The notes under the pieces were generated by a model. It saw only the letters and a list, made by a program, of their open reading frames with translations. It was not told the DNA's origin and made no database searches. From Spirochaetota bacterium (GTDB lineage: Bacteria; Spirochaetota; UBA4802; JAFGDQ01), in contig JAZDKB010000027.1 of NCBI GenBank assembly GCA_043803405.1, positions 48,536 to 112,535 of the forward strand: a DNA stretch of 64,000 bases, read 5' to 3'. Below, in pieces: positions 9,057 to 19,203 of the stretch (the stretch's first letter is position 1; every line of letters starts with the position of its first letter). A program made the position numbers and the translations under genes.

Positions 9057-10649
9057 CTAATCGATATCGAAAACAGACCACCACGCAAGCGAGCTGCCTG
9101 CATTTGTAAGATAATAACCGTTCGCTGCACCTGCCAAATCTATGTAGCTGTCGTCGTTTATGTCTGCTGCGAATACTGATGAAGCAAACGTAAATTCAGC
9201 ATCGATAGCATGCTCTTCCCAGCTGTTCCACATACCGCCAATATTTTCCCACCATGCGATCTTGTCGCCAAGCCTGGACGCCCCCGCAATGTCCGGGTCG
9301 CCGTCGCCGTCAATATCAGCAATAAAGACTGACTGTGCTCCGAAAAAGTCTTCATCAATAGTGTGCCTTGTCCAGCCTATGCCTCCGCCGTCATTCAGCC
9401 AGATTACTATCTTGTCGTCTTCCCAGAAAGCGGATACAATATCCATGTCCCCGTCGCCGTCCATGTCAGCGATGCGGATATCCCTTGGCCCCCTCAGATA
9501 ATCCGGTCCTGTGTCTGGCATGATCGTGTTTTCCGACCAGGTGCCTCCGCTTCCGTCATTATTTCTGAACCAGAGTATTTCACTATGCTCGTGCGTGGCT
9601 GTTGAATTTTCAATGTAACCATATACACTAGCTACGATGTCCTTATGCCCGTCGTTGTCAATATCCGCAATGCGGACGTCAGCCATGCGGCACAGGCTGG
9701 TTTTTATGCTATGTTCAATCCATGAAGTCCCTGTACCACCGTCGTTTTCCCACCAGCGTATTTCGCTGTTCTCGTATATGCCCGGCCCGCTGTTCCATGT
9801 TCCGTTTGAAGCGCCTGCAATGTCGATATCTCCATCGCCGTCAATATCGCACGCGTAAACCGAACAGGCGCGGATAAAATTAGAAGCTACTTCGTGCTTT
9901 GTCCACGATTTGCCGTCCCCGCCCGCATCATCGCGCGGTGTCCCATCGTTCTCCCACCATACGATTTCATCTTTAGAATATAGCGATGCAACTATATCCA
10001 TGAAGCCGTCATGGTTTACATCTGCTGCATGTATCGAGATTGTGAAAAGAGGATGAGTCTCATCGGCTACTGCAATGATGTGTTCGATCCACTGACTACC
10101 GCTGTCAGTATTTTCCCACCACGAAAGTTTGTTATTCAAATAATTATTGTTATATTCGTTATCCCTCGAATAACCGCATATAAAATCTATATCTCCGTCA
10201 TTATCAATATCAGCCGGGTACAGCGTATAGGGGCCTTCGTTGCCCTCAGATATTGTCCGTCTTTCCGGTGTACCGAAGGACACAGTTATCTGCTCTGTCT
10301 TTTCATCAGTGTAATGTCCAATAGATGTAACTTTTAATTTCACATTATATTTCCCGGCAGACGTGAATATATAGGAAGGATTTTGTTCCGTAGAATCTGT
10401 GATGCCGTCATTGTTGAAATCCCATTCACAGGATTCAATACTGCCGATGGAATTATTTTCAAAATGCACGGTCATGGGCACATTGCCGCTTTTGGAGGAA
10501 GGAATAAAGGATGCGCTTAAAGCAGGCGGGGTAAAGTTATCTGCATCCGGGTCATTTGAATTATCCCTCGGCATTTCAAAATAGCAGGATGAAACATTCA
10601 GGAGCAGACAGATAAAAATGAATTTAAATATTAATTTAAATCCGTTCAT
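9057..10649 (-). CDS. Lipoprotein: PKD domain plus 7 FG-GAP/VCBS repeats (paralog of 7349-8902)
   Basis: Lipobox NVSSC; same architecture; start moved from 10751 to ATG 10649 because the extension is an inverted-repeat element. Confidence 0.86.
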   Translation of the reverse strand: MNGFKLIFKFIFICLLLNVSSCYFEMPRDNSNDPDADNFTPPALSASFIPSSKSGNVPMTVHFENNSIGSIESCEWDFNNDGITDSTEQNPSYIFTSAGKYNVKLKVTSIGHYTDEKTEQITVSFGTPERRTISEGNEGPYTLYPADIDNDGDIDFICGYSRDNEYNNNYLNNKLSWWENTDSGSQWIEHIIAVADETHPLFTISIHAADVNHDGFMDIVASLYSKDEIVWWENDGTPRDDAGGDGKSWTKHEVASNFIRACSVYACDIDGDGDIDIAGASNGTWNSGPGIYENSEIRWWENDGGTGTSWIEHSIKTSLCRMADVRIADIDNDGHKDIVASVYGYIENSTATHEHSEILWFRNNDGSGGTWSENTIMPDTGPDYLRGPRDIRIADMDGDGDMDIVSAFWEDDKIVIWLNDGGGIGWTRHTIDEDFFGAQSVFIADIDGDGDPDIAGASRLGDKIAWWENIGGMWNSWEEHAIDAEFTFASSVFAADINDDSYIDLAGAANGYYLTNAGSSLAWWSVFDID

Positions 10650-10675
10650 ATAAATTACATCCGTGTTTTTGTTTT

Positions 10676-10736
10676 GGAACCACGAATACACACAAATAAA
10701 AATTAAAAAAATATATTCGTATTCATTCGTGGTTCC
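10676..10736. repeat. Imperfect inverted repeat GGAACCACGAAT...ATTCGTGGTTCC
   Basis: Perfect 12-bp outer arms with imperfect inner arms, between co-directional genes. Confidence 0.7.
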
Positions 10737-10783
10737 ATTTTTTAAAATCAAGTCAATTTATAAAGCCTGCCAAATTTTATATT

Positions 10784-11716
10784 TCAAAACTTCAGACTGA
10801 CCCCCATACCCATAACAAGCTCCTGCCTGGGATAATTGATGTTGTATATCCGGATGCCTGCTTCCACGCTGCCTGTGTTTTTAGTCGCGTCTTTAATGTT
10901 TCTAAAAACCGGTTTAGTAATAAACAGAACATCAATCCAGTTCGCAATGTAAACCAGGGAGCAAAGAACTGTCGCGCCCATGGCAAAATACCCGGCTCTT
11001 TTCGCACTCCTGTATTTTCTGTCGTATTCATCCGATCCGGCCTGCAGTTCCCCCAGGTCGCGGTATTCTTCGCGTTTCTTTTTGTAATTGATGATTGAGC
11101 ATATAGTTAATGCCCCGGTTGCAATAAATGAACTAAGAAATATCCAGCCCTTCTTTTCTTCTCCTGCATACAGCTGGCCGCATCCCGGTATAAAACTGAC
11201 CGAATAATAAACCAGCGGCAGAACCGGCATTATGATCTCCTTATCCCCTTCAACTATCTTTCTTATCAAATCCTTTGCAGTCAATTCTGCAGTCTTTATT
11301 ACTTCGTCGTTATTTGCCGCTTTGCCTGTGGACGAGAACATCGATACGCTGCTTTTAATGTCTATATATCTTATTGTAATGACGATCGTTTGTTCAACGC
11401 TGTTAACTTCGCCGACTATAAGCTTTTCCGCATTCAGCATTTTGCCTATTTCAACAGCACAGGACTGATCAGTGCATCCCGTCATCTGCAGCCCGTGCTC
11501 CTCAAGGATCGCTTTTATTCTGGTTCTTTCAACAACAGTGAAATTGCCTATGTTAACAAACTCGGATCTGACTATATCCGTAACAGCATAAGATATGATA
11601 TTGCTGACTCCGTTGGGATTCAGCTCCAGAACTGCAAGCGTAACAGATAAAGCCGGGGTTTTAAGCAACGTTATCAGGATAATTGCATAAAATATATGTA
11701 TTCGCAGTTTGAACAC
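10784..11716 (-). CDS. Exported CsgG/FlgO-like domain protein with a C-terminal DUF5683-like membrane region
   Basis: Signal peptide; AVLEL...FTVVERTRIKAILEEHGLQMTGCTDQSCAVEIGKMLNA; then SFIPGCGQLYAGEEKKG; ends in F. Confidence 0.75.
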   Translation of the reverse strand: MFKLRIHIFYAIILITLLKTPALSVTLAVLELNPNGVSNIISYAVTDIVRSEFVNIGNFTVVERTRIKAILEEHGLQMTGCTDQSCAVEIGKMLNAEKLIVGEVNSVEQTIVITIRYIDIKSSVSMFSSTGKAANNDEVIKTAELTAKDLIRKIVEGDKEIIMPVLPLVYYSVSFIPGCGQLYAGEEKKGWIFLSSFIATGALTICSIINYKKKREEYRDLGELQAGSDEYDRKYRSAKRAGYFAMGATVLCSLVYIANWIDVLFITKPVFRNIKDATKNTGSVEAGIRIYNINYPRQELVMGMGVSLKF

Positions 11717-11884
11717 AGACAGCTCCGGTATTTTAATATTACTTTTTTGTTATTATCAGGGATATATATGAGATTTATATTTTAGAATGAGAAGTCTTGT
11801 TTCTATATGATAGGCATAATTGAATATTTTTATCTTTATCTATCAAAGATATAAAAGTATAAATTAAAGGCAAGTATTTTATGG

Positions 11885-12610
11885 TTACCAGATTTCTTTG
11901 CTGACGCCGATATTTTCTGCAGCAGTGTTTATTATTCCATTGATTTGATCTGCTTCTTTAAAAGTATAATTCTTATCGAATAATATTTTGCCGGTTTCGG
12001 CATTCGCTATGCTGACTGATAATAAATATGTATTGCCTGCCCGGCTCAGCCTTCCGGTAAGAATTCTGTTCACGCTTTTATCAATGCCGTCTGTTTTGCG
12101 GAAAACGACTGCAGCCGGCATTTCGCCTTTAAGGCGAGAGTATAATTTATCCGTAATATCCGAAGCAAGCTTTTCATCTGTTTTATCCGACAAAATCTGC
12201 GTAATGCCCAGCCTGTTCATTAACAAAGGCACCTTTGTTCTCTGCTCTTTATACGCATCAACCGCGGGTATTTTAACGGATATTTTATTATCATTAATTA
12301 ATGTTTTTGGATTATTAAAAATAATTATTCCTGCTGCAGTAAGAATCCCGGCTGCAATCAGGGCAGCAGAAATGAAAGAAAGGGTAATCTCCGCCTGCCT
12401 TGCAGTCAGATTTACCCCGATTTTTTTTGTAAAGAAATAGAATCTGAGAACAGATCCATAGAAAGCATTATATTCCCCGAAATTTTTCAGCACGTTTACA
12501 GTTGTTTTTCTTTTAAAGGATAAGATCTGTTTCTGTATATCCAGCGGAACAGGCTGCCTTAACTTAAAGCGCCCCAGTATCTTTTCCAGTTTAGCGATAT
12601 TCCCGTTCAT
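11885..12610 (-). CDS. Putative anti-sigma factor: single TM segment with a C-terminal CsgG/TolB-N-like domain
   Basis: Overlaps the ECF sigma stop by 4 nt; basic N-terminus, one TM (FISAALIAAGILTAAGIIIF), then ILTGRLSRAGNTYLLSVSIANAETGKIL. Confidence 0.65.
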   Translation of the reverse strand: MNGNIAKLEKILGRFKLRQPVPLDIQKQILSFKRKTTVNVLKNFGEYNAFYGSVLRFYFFTKKIGVNLTARQAEITLSFISAALIAAGILTAAGIIIFNNPKTLINDNKISVKIPAVDAYKEQRTKVPLLMNRLGITQILSDKTDEKLASDITDKLYSRLKGEMPAAVVFRKTDGIDKSVNRILTGRLSRAGNTYLLSVSIANAETGKILFDKNYTFKEADQINGIINTAAENIGVSKEIW

Positions 12611-13122
12611 AAGAGGTCCTCAATATGTTTTATGCCTTTTCTCGAGAACTGATCCATTATTTTCTGAACTATCAGACCATACTTATACTGGACCTGTCTC
12701 TTGCTAAGACCAAGCTGGGAACCGGCCTGGCTGTAGCTGAAATTATTTATGGCGATAAGATCGAATAAAACCTTATCTTCTTCCGTGTCGAACGTATCTG
12801 TTGATTCTATTATTTCATTTATTATTATCCTCGCATCCCTGAACCCGTTTACAAACGTAAGACCCACGTCTTTAAAAATATCGTCGATCTTTGCGGACTT
12901 ATCCCTTGCCCTGTAATGATCGAATACCGCAAGCCGCAAAGCGCCATACAGCCATTTTCTGTGGTTTTCGATCTCGTCGAATTTTTCAAAAAACTTGATG
13001 AATACTTCCTGGCATACATCATACGCGTCGTCCACATTATTGACTTTAGTATAAACTGCGCTATACACGAGCGGATAATAACTGTTTACAGCATCCGTGA
13101 AACTATTCTTTTTGTCAGCCAT
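12607..13122 (-). CDS. ECF-type RNA polymerase sigma-70 factor
   Basis: 171 aa; region 2 DAYDVCQEVFIK...WLYG; region 4 FSYSQAGSQLGLSKRQV. Confidence 0.88.
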   Translation of the reverse strand: MADKKNSFTDAVNSYYPLVYSAVYTKVNNVDDAYDVCQEVFIKFFEKFDEIENHRKWLYGALRLAVFDHYRARDKSAKIDDIFKDVGLTFVNGFRDARIIINEIIESTDTFDTEEDKVLFDLIAINNFSYSQAGSQLGLSKRQVQYKYGLIVQKIMDQFSRKGIKHIEDLL

Positions 13123-13136
13123 TGTATATTTGTATT

Positions 13137-13170
13137 ATAAGCGTAAGAAAAGCAGGGAATAATCCAAAAA
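13137..13170 (-). promoter_or_regulatory. Candidate autoregulatory ECF promoter
   Basis: Minus strand TTTTTGGATTATTCCCTGCTTTTCTTACGCTTAT; same TTACGCTTAT and same 21-nt offset from TTTTTG as the motifs at 32763 and 41863. Confidence 0.5.
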
Positions 13171-13299
13171 AAATTCCGGATTTATTAATTTATCGGGAAA
13201 AATCAGGATTATGGATATTAAAATGTTAAATATAAGAGTGATACTGGTTTTAATGATGCAATGCAGCTGAATTATGATATGAGTTGACCAGACTATGCT

Positions 13300-14574
13300 T
13301 TAACTGAATAACCGGATCGCTTTATTAATAACCGGATAAATCAGGAGTATTGAGCTCAATATTATCAGGATAACGGTGGTTAAAATCCCGATAATGTTCT
13401 GAGCCTTATTATTGACATGCTCTCCCATTATTTCCGATTTATTGACAACAATTATCATACATATTAATACAACAGGCAGAAGTATTGCGTTTAATATTTG
13501 CGTCCAGATTGTTATATCGATTAATGGGGCATTCGGAATCAATATAATGACAACAGACACAAGTATTATCAGAGTAAAAAGAAGATAAAACTGCGGCGCA
13601 TCGCTGAACTTTTTATCGATCCCCGCCTCAAATCCGAAGCCTTCGCAAACAAAGAAAGCCGTAGCAAGCGGCAGTATTGTGGCGGAAAATATCGACGCAA
13701 TAAAGAGCCCGAATGAAAATACAATAGATGCGAAATTGCCGGCAAAAGGCTTAAGCGATATTGCGGCGTCTTTTGCCTCATTAATCGATATGTTATTGAC
13801 ATGAAGCGTGGCTCCGCAGGAAATAATAATAAAAAAAGCGACAACTACAGTTGCAACAGCGCCAACGACAACGTCCACAAGCACCAGCTTGTAATCCCCT
13901 ATTTTAATTCCTTTTTCGATGACGGCCGACTGCATATAGAACTGCATCCATGGAGCAATGGTCGTTCCCACAATACCGAGAACCATGCCAAGGTAATTCT
14001 CATTATACTGGATTTCAGGGCTAATAATCGCATGCCCTATCTCTGACCAGTCCGGATTTGCAAGAAGTGCCGATATAATATAAGAAAACAGGCAAAAGCT
14101 GAAAATTAAAAATATTCGCTCTGATTTTTTATAATCCCATTTAATGACGATGATCCACACAGCAGCAGCCGAAACGGGGACAGATATATATTTGCTGACA
14201 TCGAAAACCATTAAGCTGCCCGCAACGCCTGCAAATTCGGTTGCAGTGTTGCCTATGTTCGCGATCAATAGGCACACGAAAATATAAAACGTGATTTTTA
14301 CGCCGAAGTTCTCGCGGATAAGGTCTGCAAGCCCTTTGCCTGTCACAATACCCATTCTCGCATTCATTTCCTGCACCGCAATAAGCGCAATAAAAGATGG
14401 AATAAGAGTCCATATAAGCTGGTAACCGTATTCGGCGCCTGCAACCGAATACGTAGTAATACCCCCTGCATCGTTATCCACACTTCCGGTAATAATACCG
14501 GGCCCCATCACGCTGAAAAAAATGAGGATATTTCTTATATATACATGCTCTTTTATCTTTTTCAGTAAAACCAT
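13300..14574 (-). CDS. NRAMP-family transporter, NRMT (Mg2+/Mn2+)-type
   Basis: GPGIITGSVDNDAGGITTYS (DAGG instead of DPGN) and GTTIAPWM; many TM segments. Confidence 0.88.
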   Translation of the reverse strand: MVLLKKIKEHVYIRNILIFFSVMGPGIITGSVDNDAGGITTYSVAGAEYGYQLIWTLIPSFIALIAVQEMNARMGIVTGKGLADLIRENFGVKITFYIFVCLLIANIGNTATEFAGVAGSLMVFDVSKYISVPVSAAAVWIIVIKWDYKKSERIFLIFSFCLFSYIISALLANPDWSEIGHAIISPEIQYNENYLGMVLGIVGTTIAPWMQFYMQSAVIEKGIKIGDYKLVLVDVVVGAVATVVVAFFIIISCGATLHVNNISINEAKDAAISLKPFAGNFASIVFSFGLFIASIFSATILPLATAFFVCEGFGFEAGIDKKFSDAPQFYLLFTLIILVSVVIILIPNAPLIDITIWTQILNAILLPVVLICMIIVVNKSEIMGEHVNNKAQNIIGILTTVILIILSSILLIYPVINKAIRLFS

Positions 14575-14577
14575 TAT

Positions 14578-15870
14578 TTATGATATCTCCTCAGTCTCTT
14601 CCCTTATCTCAGGGAACACAGCTTCAAACGCGTCTTTCATCGTGATTATTCCGACAAGCTTATCATTTTCGTTAACTACAGGAACAACGACAAAGTCGTA
14701 CTTAAAAAATATTTTTGCTACAATGTCTACATGTGTATGAACCTCAACGGTGACCACTTTAGTACGCATCAGCTCGCCAACTTTCTTGTCCGGTTCAGCA
14801 GTAAGAAGCTGTTTAAGTGTTACTATCCCGGCAATCTTCTCATCTTTATCAACCACATAAATATAATATATTGTCTCGAATTCTTCAGCTTCATATTTAA
14901 TGACGCTCAAAATATCCGCTACATTTATCCCCTCATTAACGGCAACAAATTCAGTGTTCATTAAGCTGCCGGCAGTGCGATTTGAATGCTGAAGCAGATC
15001 TTTTATTTGCAGCACGCTCTCAAGCGGCATTATTTTAAAGAGCGCGTTCCTTGTTTCCAGTTTTATTTCAGCAAGAAAGTCTACAACCTCGTCCATAGGC
15101 ATTTCATTCAGTATCTTCGCCAGGTCTTCCAGTTCCAGCAGGTCGGCAATCTGCATTTTAATTTTCAAAGGCAATTCCTGGAATGTCCCTGCTGCTGTCT
15201 CATTGTCCAGGGATAATATTACATTGATCTTTTCCTCTACCCCCAGATCTATAAGGATATCGGCAAGGTCGGCTGGGTGCAGCTCATTAAGTTTGGATAC
15301 CGGCACCTTTAATGATAGGTTCTTTAATTTATCCGAATCGGCAAGCGGATGTACATATTTCCATGAAATGAACTTATCTTTTATTTCATAATCAAAAAGC
15401 CATTTTATAATACTCCCGAAAAATCCGAGCCATCCCAGCCTTCGGAGCAGACCTTTTATTCCGATGTCGACATGAATGACCCACAGGCTCATTTTTTCGC
15501 GCAGCAGATGAAGGTCGTTTACACGTACGACTTTAGAACCGTGCGTATCAACAATCTGCTTGTCCCAGAATATTTCTTTTAAGCGGAGTTCATTGGCTGC
15601 AATACTATAAGACTGATTTATAAATTCGGCATAGTCCCCTATATTAATCGATCTCCCTTCATTTATCGATTTAACGCACGACCACGGCAAACGGACGCGC
15701 GCACCTTTTTTTCTCCTCAGTATTATTGCGACAACGCGCGGATACATCTCCTTTAATTCAACCACGAAGTCATCAATCATCCCGATTTTTTTTGTGTTTG
15801 TACTGTCGAGAATAGGCAGGCTGATCAGTTGCGAAAGAAAAGAAAAATTCGGAGTAACTGTATATATCAT
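14578..15870 (-). CDS. Soluble PRC-barrel + MgtE N-domain + CBS-pair protein
   Basis: DKQIVDTHGSKVVRVNDL, LHPADLADIL, TAGSLMNTEF and CBS motifs; no TM domain. Confidence 0.85.
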   Translation of the reverse strand: MIYTVTPNFSFLSQLISLPILDSTNTKKIGMIDDFVVELKEMYPRVVAIILRRKKGARVRLPWSCVKSINEGRSINIGDYAEFINQSYSIAANELRLKEIFWDKQIVDTHGSKVVRVNDLHLLREKMSLWVIHVDIGIKGLLRRLGWLGFFGSIIKWLFDYEIKDKFISWKYVHPLADSDKLKNLSLKVPVSKLNELHPADLADILIDLGVEEKINVILSLDNETAAGTFQELPLKIKMQIADLLELEDLAKILNEMPMDEVVDFLAEIKLETRNALFKIMPLESVLQIKDLLQHSNRTAGSLMNTEFVAVNEGINVADILSVIKYEAEEFETIYYIYVVDKDEKIAGIVTLKQLLTAEPDKKVGELMRTKVVTVEVHTHVDIVAKIFFKYDFVVVPVVNENDKLVGIITMKDAFEAVFPEIREETEEIS

Positions 15871-16162
15871 AATACAATCCCTGATTTTGCCGGGAATAAC
15901 GCATTATAGCATAAGAAATTCATCAAAAATTAGTAAAGCGTTTGCATGTTATCAAGCATTTAATTATTTTATTCGGGAAATGATAAAATTTAAAGAAAAA
16001 ATTTTTTGCGAACGGATGTTCAACAGTAAATATTATGTTTATGCTAGGGCTTTTTGAAGGCTAGAACAGTTCTTTCAATGTTCTGATATATAATACCTTT
16101 GCTTTCGCGTCAGCCGACACCGGAGCCGGCGGCTGTTATGCCACTATGGGGAATTCTGTTTT

Positions 16163-17809
16163 TTACGGCACAAAGCGCTGAGCGATCGGCAGTCTGCGGC
16201 CGATACCGAACGCTTTGCTTGTAACCTTAATGCCGGGAGCAGCCTGCCTTCTTTTGTACTCGTTTCTGTTTACTACAGTAAGGATATCGTTTACAGTGCG
16301 CCTGTCAAAACCCAGCGCAATTATCTCGTCCGCGGAAAGCTGTTTCTCAATATAGCATTCCAGAATGCGGTCAAGGATCTCGTACGGAGGCAGAGTGTCC
16401 TGATCCTTTTGATTTTCTCGAAGTTCGGCTGAAGGCGGCTTCAGCAGGGAATCGATCGGGATGATTTCCTTTCCACTGTTTATATGCCTTGACAGTTCAT
16501 AAACCATATTCTTGGGCAGATCGGAAATTACTGCAAGCCCGCCGGCCATATCGCCGTAAAGGGTGCAGTACCCCATAGCCAGCTCGGATTTATTCCCGGT
16601 CGTGAGCAGAAGGCTGCCGAATTTATTGCTGAATGCCATCAGAATATTGCTTCTTATCCTGGCCTGCAGATTTTCTTCAGTAACATCTCTCGGCATACCT
16701 TTAAATACATTAGACATTAAATTATTATACATATCGAAAATTTCTTTAATGGCAATTTCCTCTATTTTTATACCCAGGTTTTGCGCAAGCTTTTTCGAGT
16801 CGTCTACACTGCCTGCGGAAGAATAAATAGATGGCATAGTGATTCCCGTCACTTTATCCGGCCCAAGCGCTTCAGCCGCGAGGACAGCCGTTAATGCAGA
16901 ATCAATACCCCCGCTAAGCCCGAGTACCGCGCTTTTAAATCCGCATTTGTAAAAATAGTCGGATATGCCTAACTCAAGCGCTTTTCTAATGTCCTCCATC
17001 CCGTTTTCGGAAGGCTTTATGGTTTTATGATTATCTTCAATATCAAATACTACGATATCTTCTTTGAATCCAGCGGCAATTACTTTCATTTCGCCTTTGC
17101 CGTTAATATAAAAACTATGCCCGTCAAAAACAAGGCTGTCGTTGCCACCGACCTGGTTTACATATATAATTGGCAGCTTATGCCTGCGCGCTGTTTTTGA
17201 AATCATTTTCCACTTCAGATCATTTTTTTCTTTTACATATGGAGATGCGGAAATATTGATTAAAATATCAATCTTCTTATCCGCCAGAATTTTTACAGGA
17301 TCGACTTCGTATTTTCTTTCGATTACCAGGGAATTGCCCTGTTCATAATCATCATTCCAAATGTCTTCGCATATAGTGATCCCGATAAGTTTACCCTTGA
17401 ATTTTACAGGCTCGTGTTTTTTTGAAGGTGAAAAATAACGCATCTCATCGAAAACATCATAAGTAGGCAGCAAAGTCTTATAATGCCTGGATACGATTTT
17501 GCCGCGGTTTATAAAAGCCGCGGCATTGTAAAGTATAGTAGGATTATTTTCGTTGTATTCGACATAACCGCAAATGACTGCCACATCGGCGCAGGCAGCC
17601 GCGATCTCATTTATAGCTTTGATGTTGTCTCTTATCAGCTTGTTGTTAAGCAATATATCCATGGGAGGATAACCGATCACCGCCATTTCCGGGAACACGA
17701 CGAGTTCGGCGCCGAGTTTTTTTGCCTCGCCAATATTCGCCAGTATCTTCCTTCTGTTTCCCTCAATGTCGCCTATTACCGGATTTATCTGCGCTATTGC
17801 GATTCTCAT
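16163..17809 (-). CDS. nadE: Glutamine-dependent NAD+ synthetase
   Basis: Nitrilase domain (FPE, YKTLLPTYDVFDE, ICEDIW) plus LGLSGGIDS, ENLQARIR and TGNKSE. Confidence 0.96.
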   Translation of the reverse strand: MRIAIAQINPVIGDIEGNRRKILANIGEAKKLGAELVVFPEMAVIGYPPMDILLNNKLIRDNIKAINEIAAACADVAVICGYVEYNENNPTILYNAAAFINRGKIVSRHYKTLLPTYDVFDEMRYFSPSKKHEPVKFKGKLIGITICEDIWNDDYEQGNSLVIERKYEVDPVKILADKKIDILINISASPYVKEKNDLKWKMISKTARRHKLPIIYVNQVGGNDSLVFDGHSFYINGKGEMKVIAAGFKEDIVVFDIEDNHKTIKPSENGMEDIRKALELGISDYFYKCGFKSAVLGLSGGIDSALTAVLAAEALGPDKVTGITMPSIYSSAGSVDDSKKLAQNLGIKIEEIAIKEIFDMYNNLMSNVFKGMPRDVTEENLQARIRSNILMAFSNKFGSLLLTTGNKSELAMGYCTLYGDMAGGLAVISDLPKNMVYELSRHINSGKEIIPIDSLLKPPSAELRENQKDQDTLPPYEILDRILECYIEKQLSADEIIALGFDRRTVNDILTVVNRNEYKRRQAAPGIKVTSKAFGIGRRLPIAQRFVP

Positions 17810-17892
17810 AATATTTTACACGCTTTATCATTTAATTTAGAATGCGTCCCAAAACCTATATATTGCAATGTTGTGCATCGGGACAATAAAAA

Positions 17893-19203
17893 TCAATACG
17901 ATTCTTTAATAAGAGACCTAAGTACAGAATGCATCTGCTCCTTCATGACCGGGTCCGACTCTATCGCAAGCCTGTCGTATAAAGGCAGAATCGCGTTTTT
18001 GCCCCCGATTTTTCTTACTGAAAAAAGCGCGGCAGATCGGACATATCTTTCCTTGTCGTTATCGATCATTTCCAGCAGCTCTTTTAAAATATTTCTCTCA
18101 TTATAATAGCCCAGCGAGTTGCCTATCTCGGCTCTTACTTCCATCGATTTATCGTTTTTTCCTTCCAGCAAAATCGACGAAGACCATGAATGTTTAATGC
18201 GACCGAGAGCGTACGAAGCCAGCACCCTAAGTCTGTAATTATTATCATTCAATATAATTTTTCTGAGTCCCTTATACCCGCCGGCGTTGTTTATTCCAAT
18301 GAGAGTATTTATCAACAGAGCTTTTATGTCATCGTCTTTCTCGGCAAAAAGAGCATAAGAAACCGGCCCTGCCGAATCGCCGAATCGCAGCTTATCCAGC
18401 GCCCTGGAAGAGAAATACCTTAGCTCCCTGTTGCTGTCTTTTAATGAATGAAGCAGAACATATAAGGATTCCCTGTCGGAAAGATTCTCAAGTATCTGGA
18501 TGGCCTTTGCTTTTACCTCCCAGTCGGCATCGTAAAGCACGGCATTCCTTACACTGGGAAGCGCGGCTCTCAGATTGTTTACTTCAATACATTTAAGCAC
18601 AAAATATCTGATGGACTTGTTGTCGTTTTTCAGCGTGTTTATCAAATGATTATAAAATCTTAAATCATATAAATGATAAATAGCTTCGAGCGCATAAACT
18701 TTAAAAACAGGATTCGGATTCTCCATCATATTTAGAATATACGGGAACATCCTGTCGTCCCCGATTTTTTTAAGCGCCAGAATCGCGCTTTCTCTAACCG
18801 TAAAAAATGGGCTGGACAGCTCGTTTATAATTAAAGGCACAGGCCGCCTTTCATGCGAGCCGGCCAGGTAATCGATTACCTTTTTTTTAACAATGAATGA
18901 ATTTGTTTTTTTTAATATTTCAATGCAGTAGGGAGTCGTCTGCGCGTAAGAATAATGCTTCAGCGCCTTTATTGCGATATCTTTCTTTTCTGCGTTTTCA
19001 TTGGACAATATGACGGAAAAAACAAGAGGCAGCAGGTCCAGCGGCTTCCGAACAGAAATATAACCAAGCGCGCTCTCTGCTTTCGCTTTATCCCTGCTTA
19101 AAAGCATGCTGATCAGATCCGCGCTTTTTTTATCCTCGGCCATGAGGTTAAAGCTAAACATGCAGAGAATAATAAAGTTTATTAATAAATTTACAGCTTT
19201 CAT
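17893..19203 (-). CDS. Exported HEAT-repeat protein
   Basis: Signal peptide; repeated VRxxAxxAL helical units. Confidence 0.78.
   Translation of the reverse strand: MKAVNLLINFIILCMFSFNLMAEDKKSADLISMLLSRDKAKAESALGYISVRKPLDLLPLVFSVILSNENAEKKDIAIKALKHYSYAQTTPYCIEILKKTNSFIVKKKVIDYLAGSHERRPVPLIINELSSPFFTVRESAILALKKIGDDRMFPYILNMMENPNPVFKVYALEAIYHLYDLRFYNHLINTLKNDNKSIRYFVLKCIEVNNLRAALPSVRNAVLYDADWEVKAKAIQILENLSDRESLYVLLHSLKDSNRELRYFSSRALDKLRFGDSAGPVSYALFAEKDDDIKALLINTLIGINNAGGYKGLRKIILNDNNYRLRVLASYALGRIKHSWSSSILLEGKNDKSMEVRAEIGNSLGYYNERNILKELLEMIDNDKERYVRSAALFSVRKIGGKNAILPLYDRLAIESDPVMKEQMHSVLRSLIKESY

Noticed and set aside
10650..10751. N-terminal extension of the FG-GAP ORF in the ORF track
   Set aside because: It translates an inverted-repeat element and would displace the lipoprotein signal
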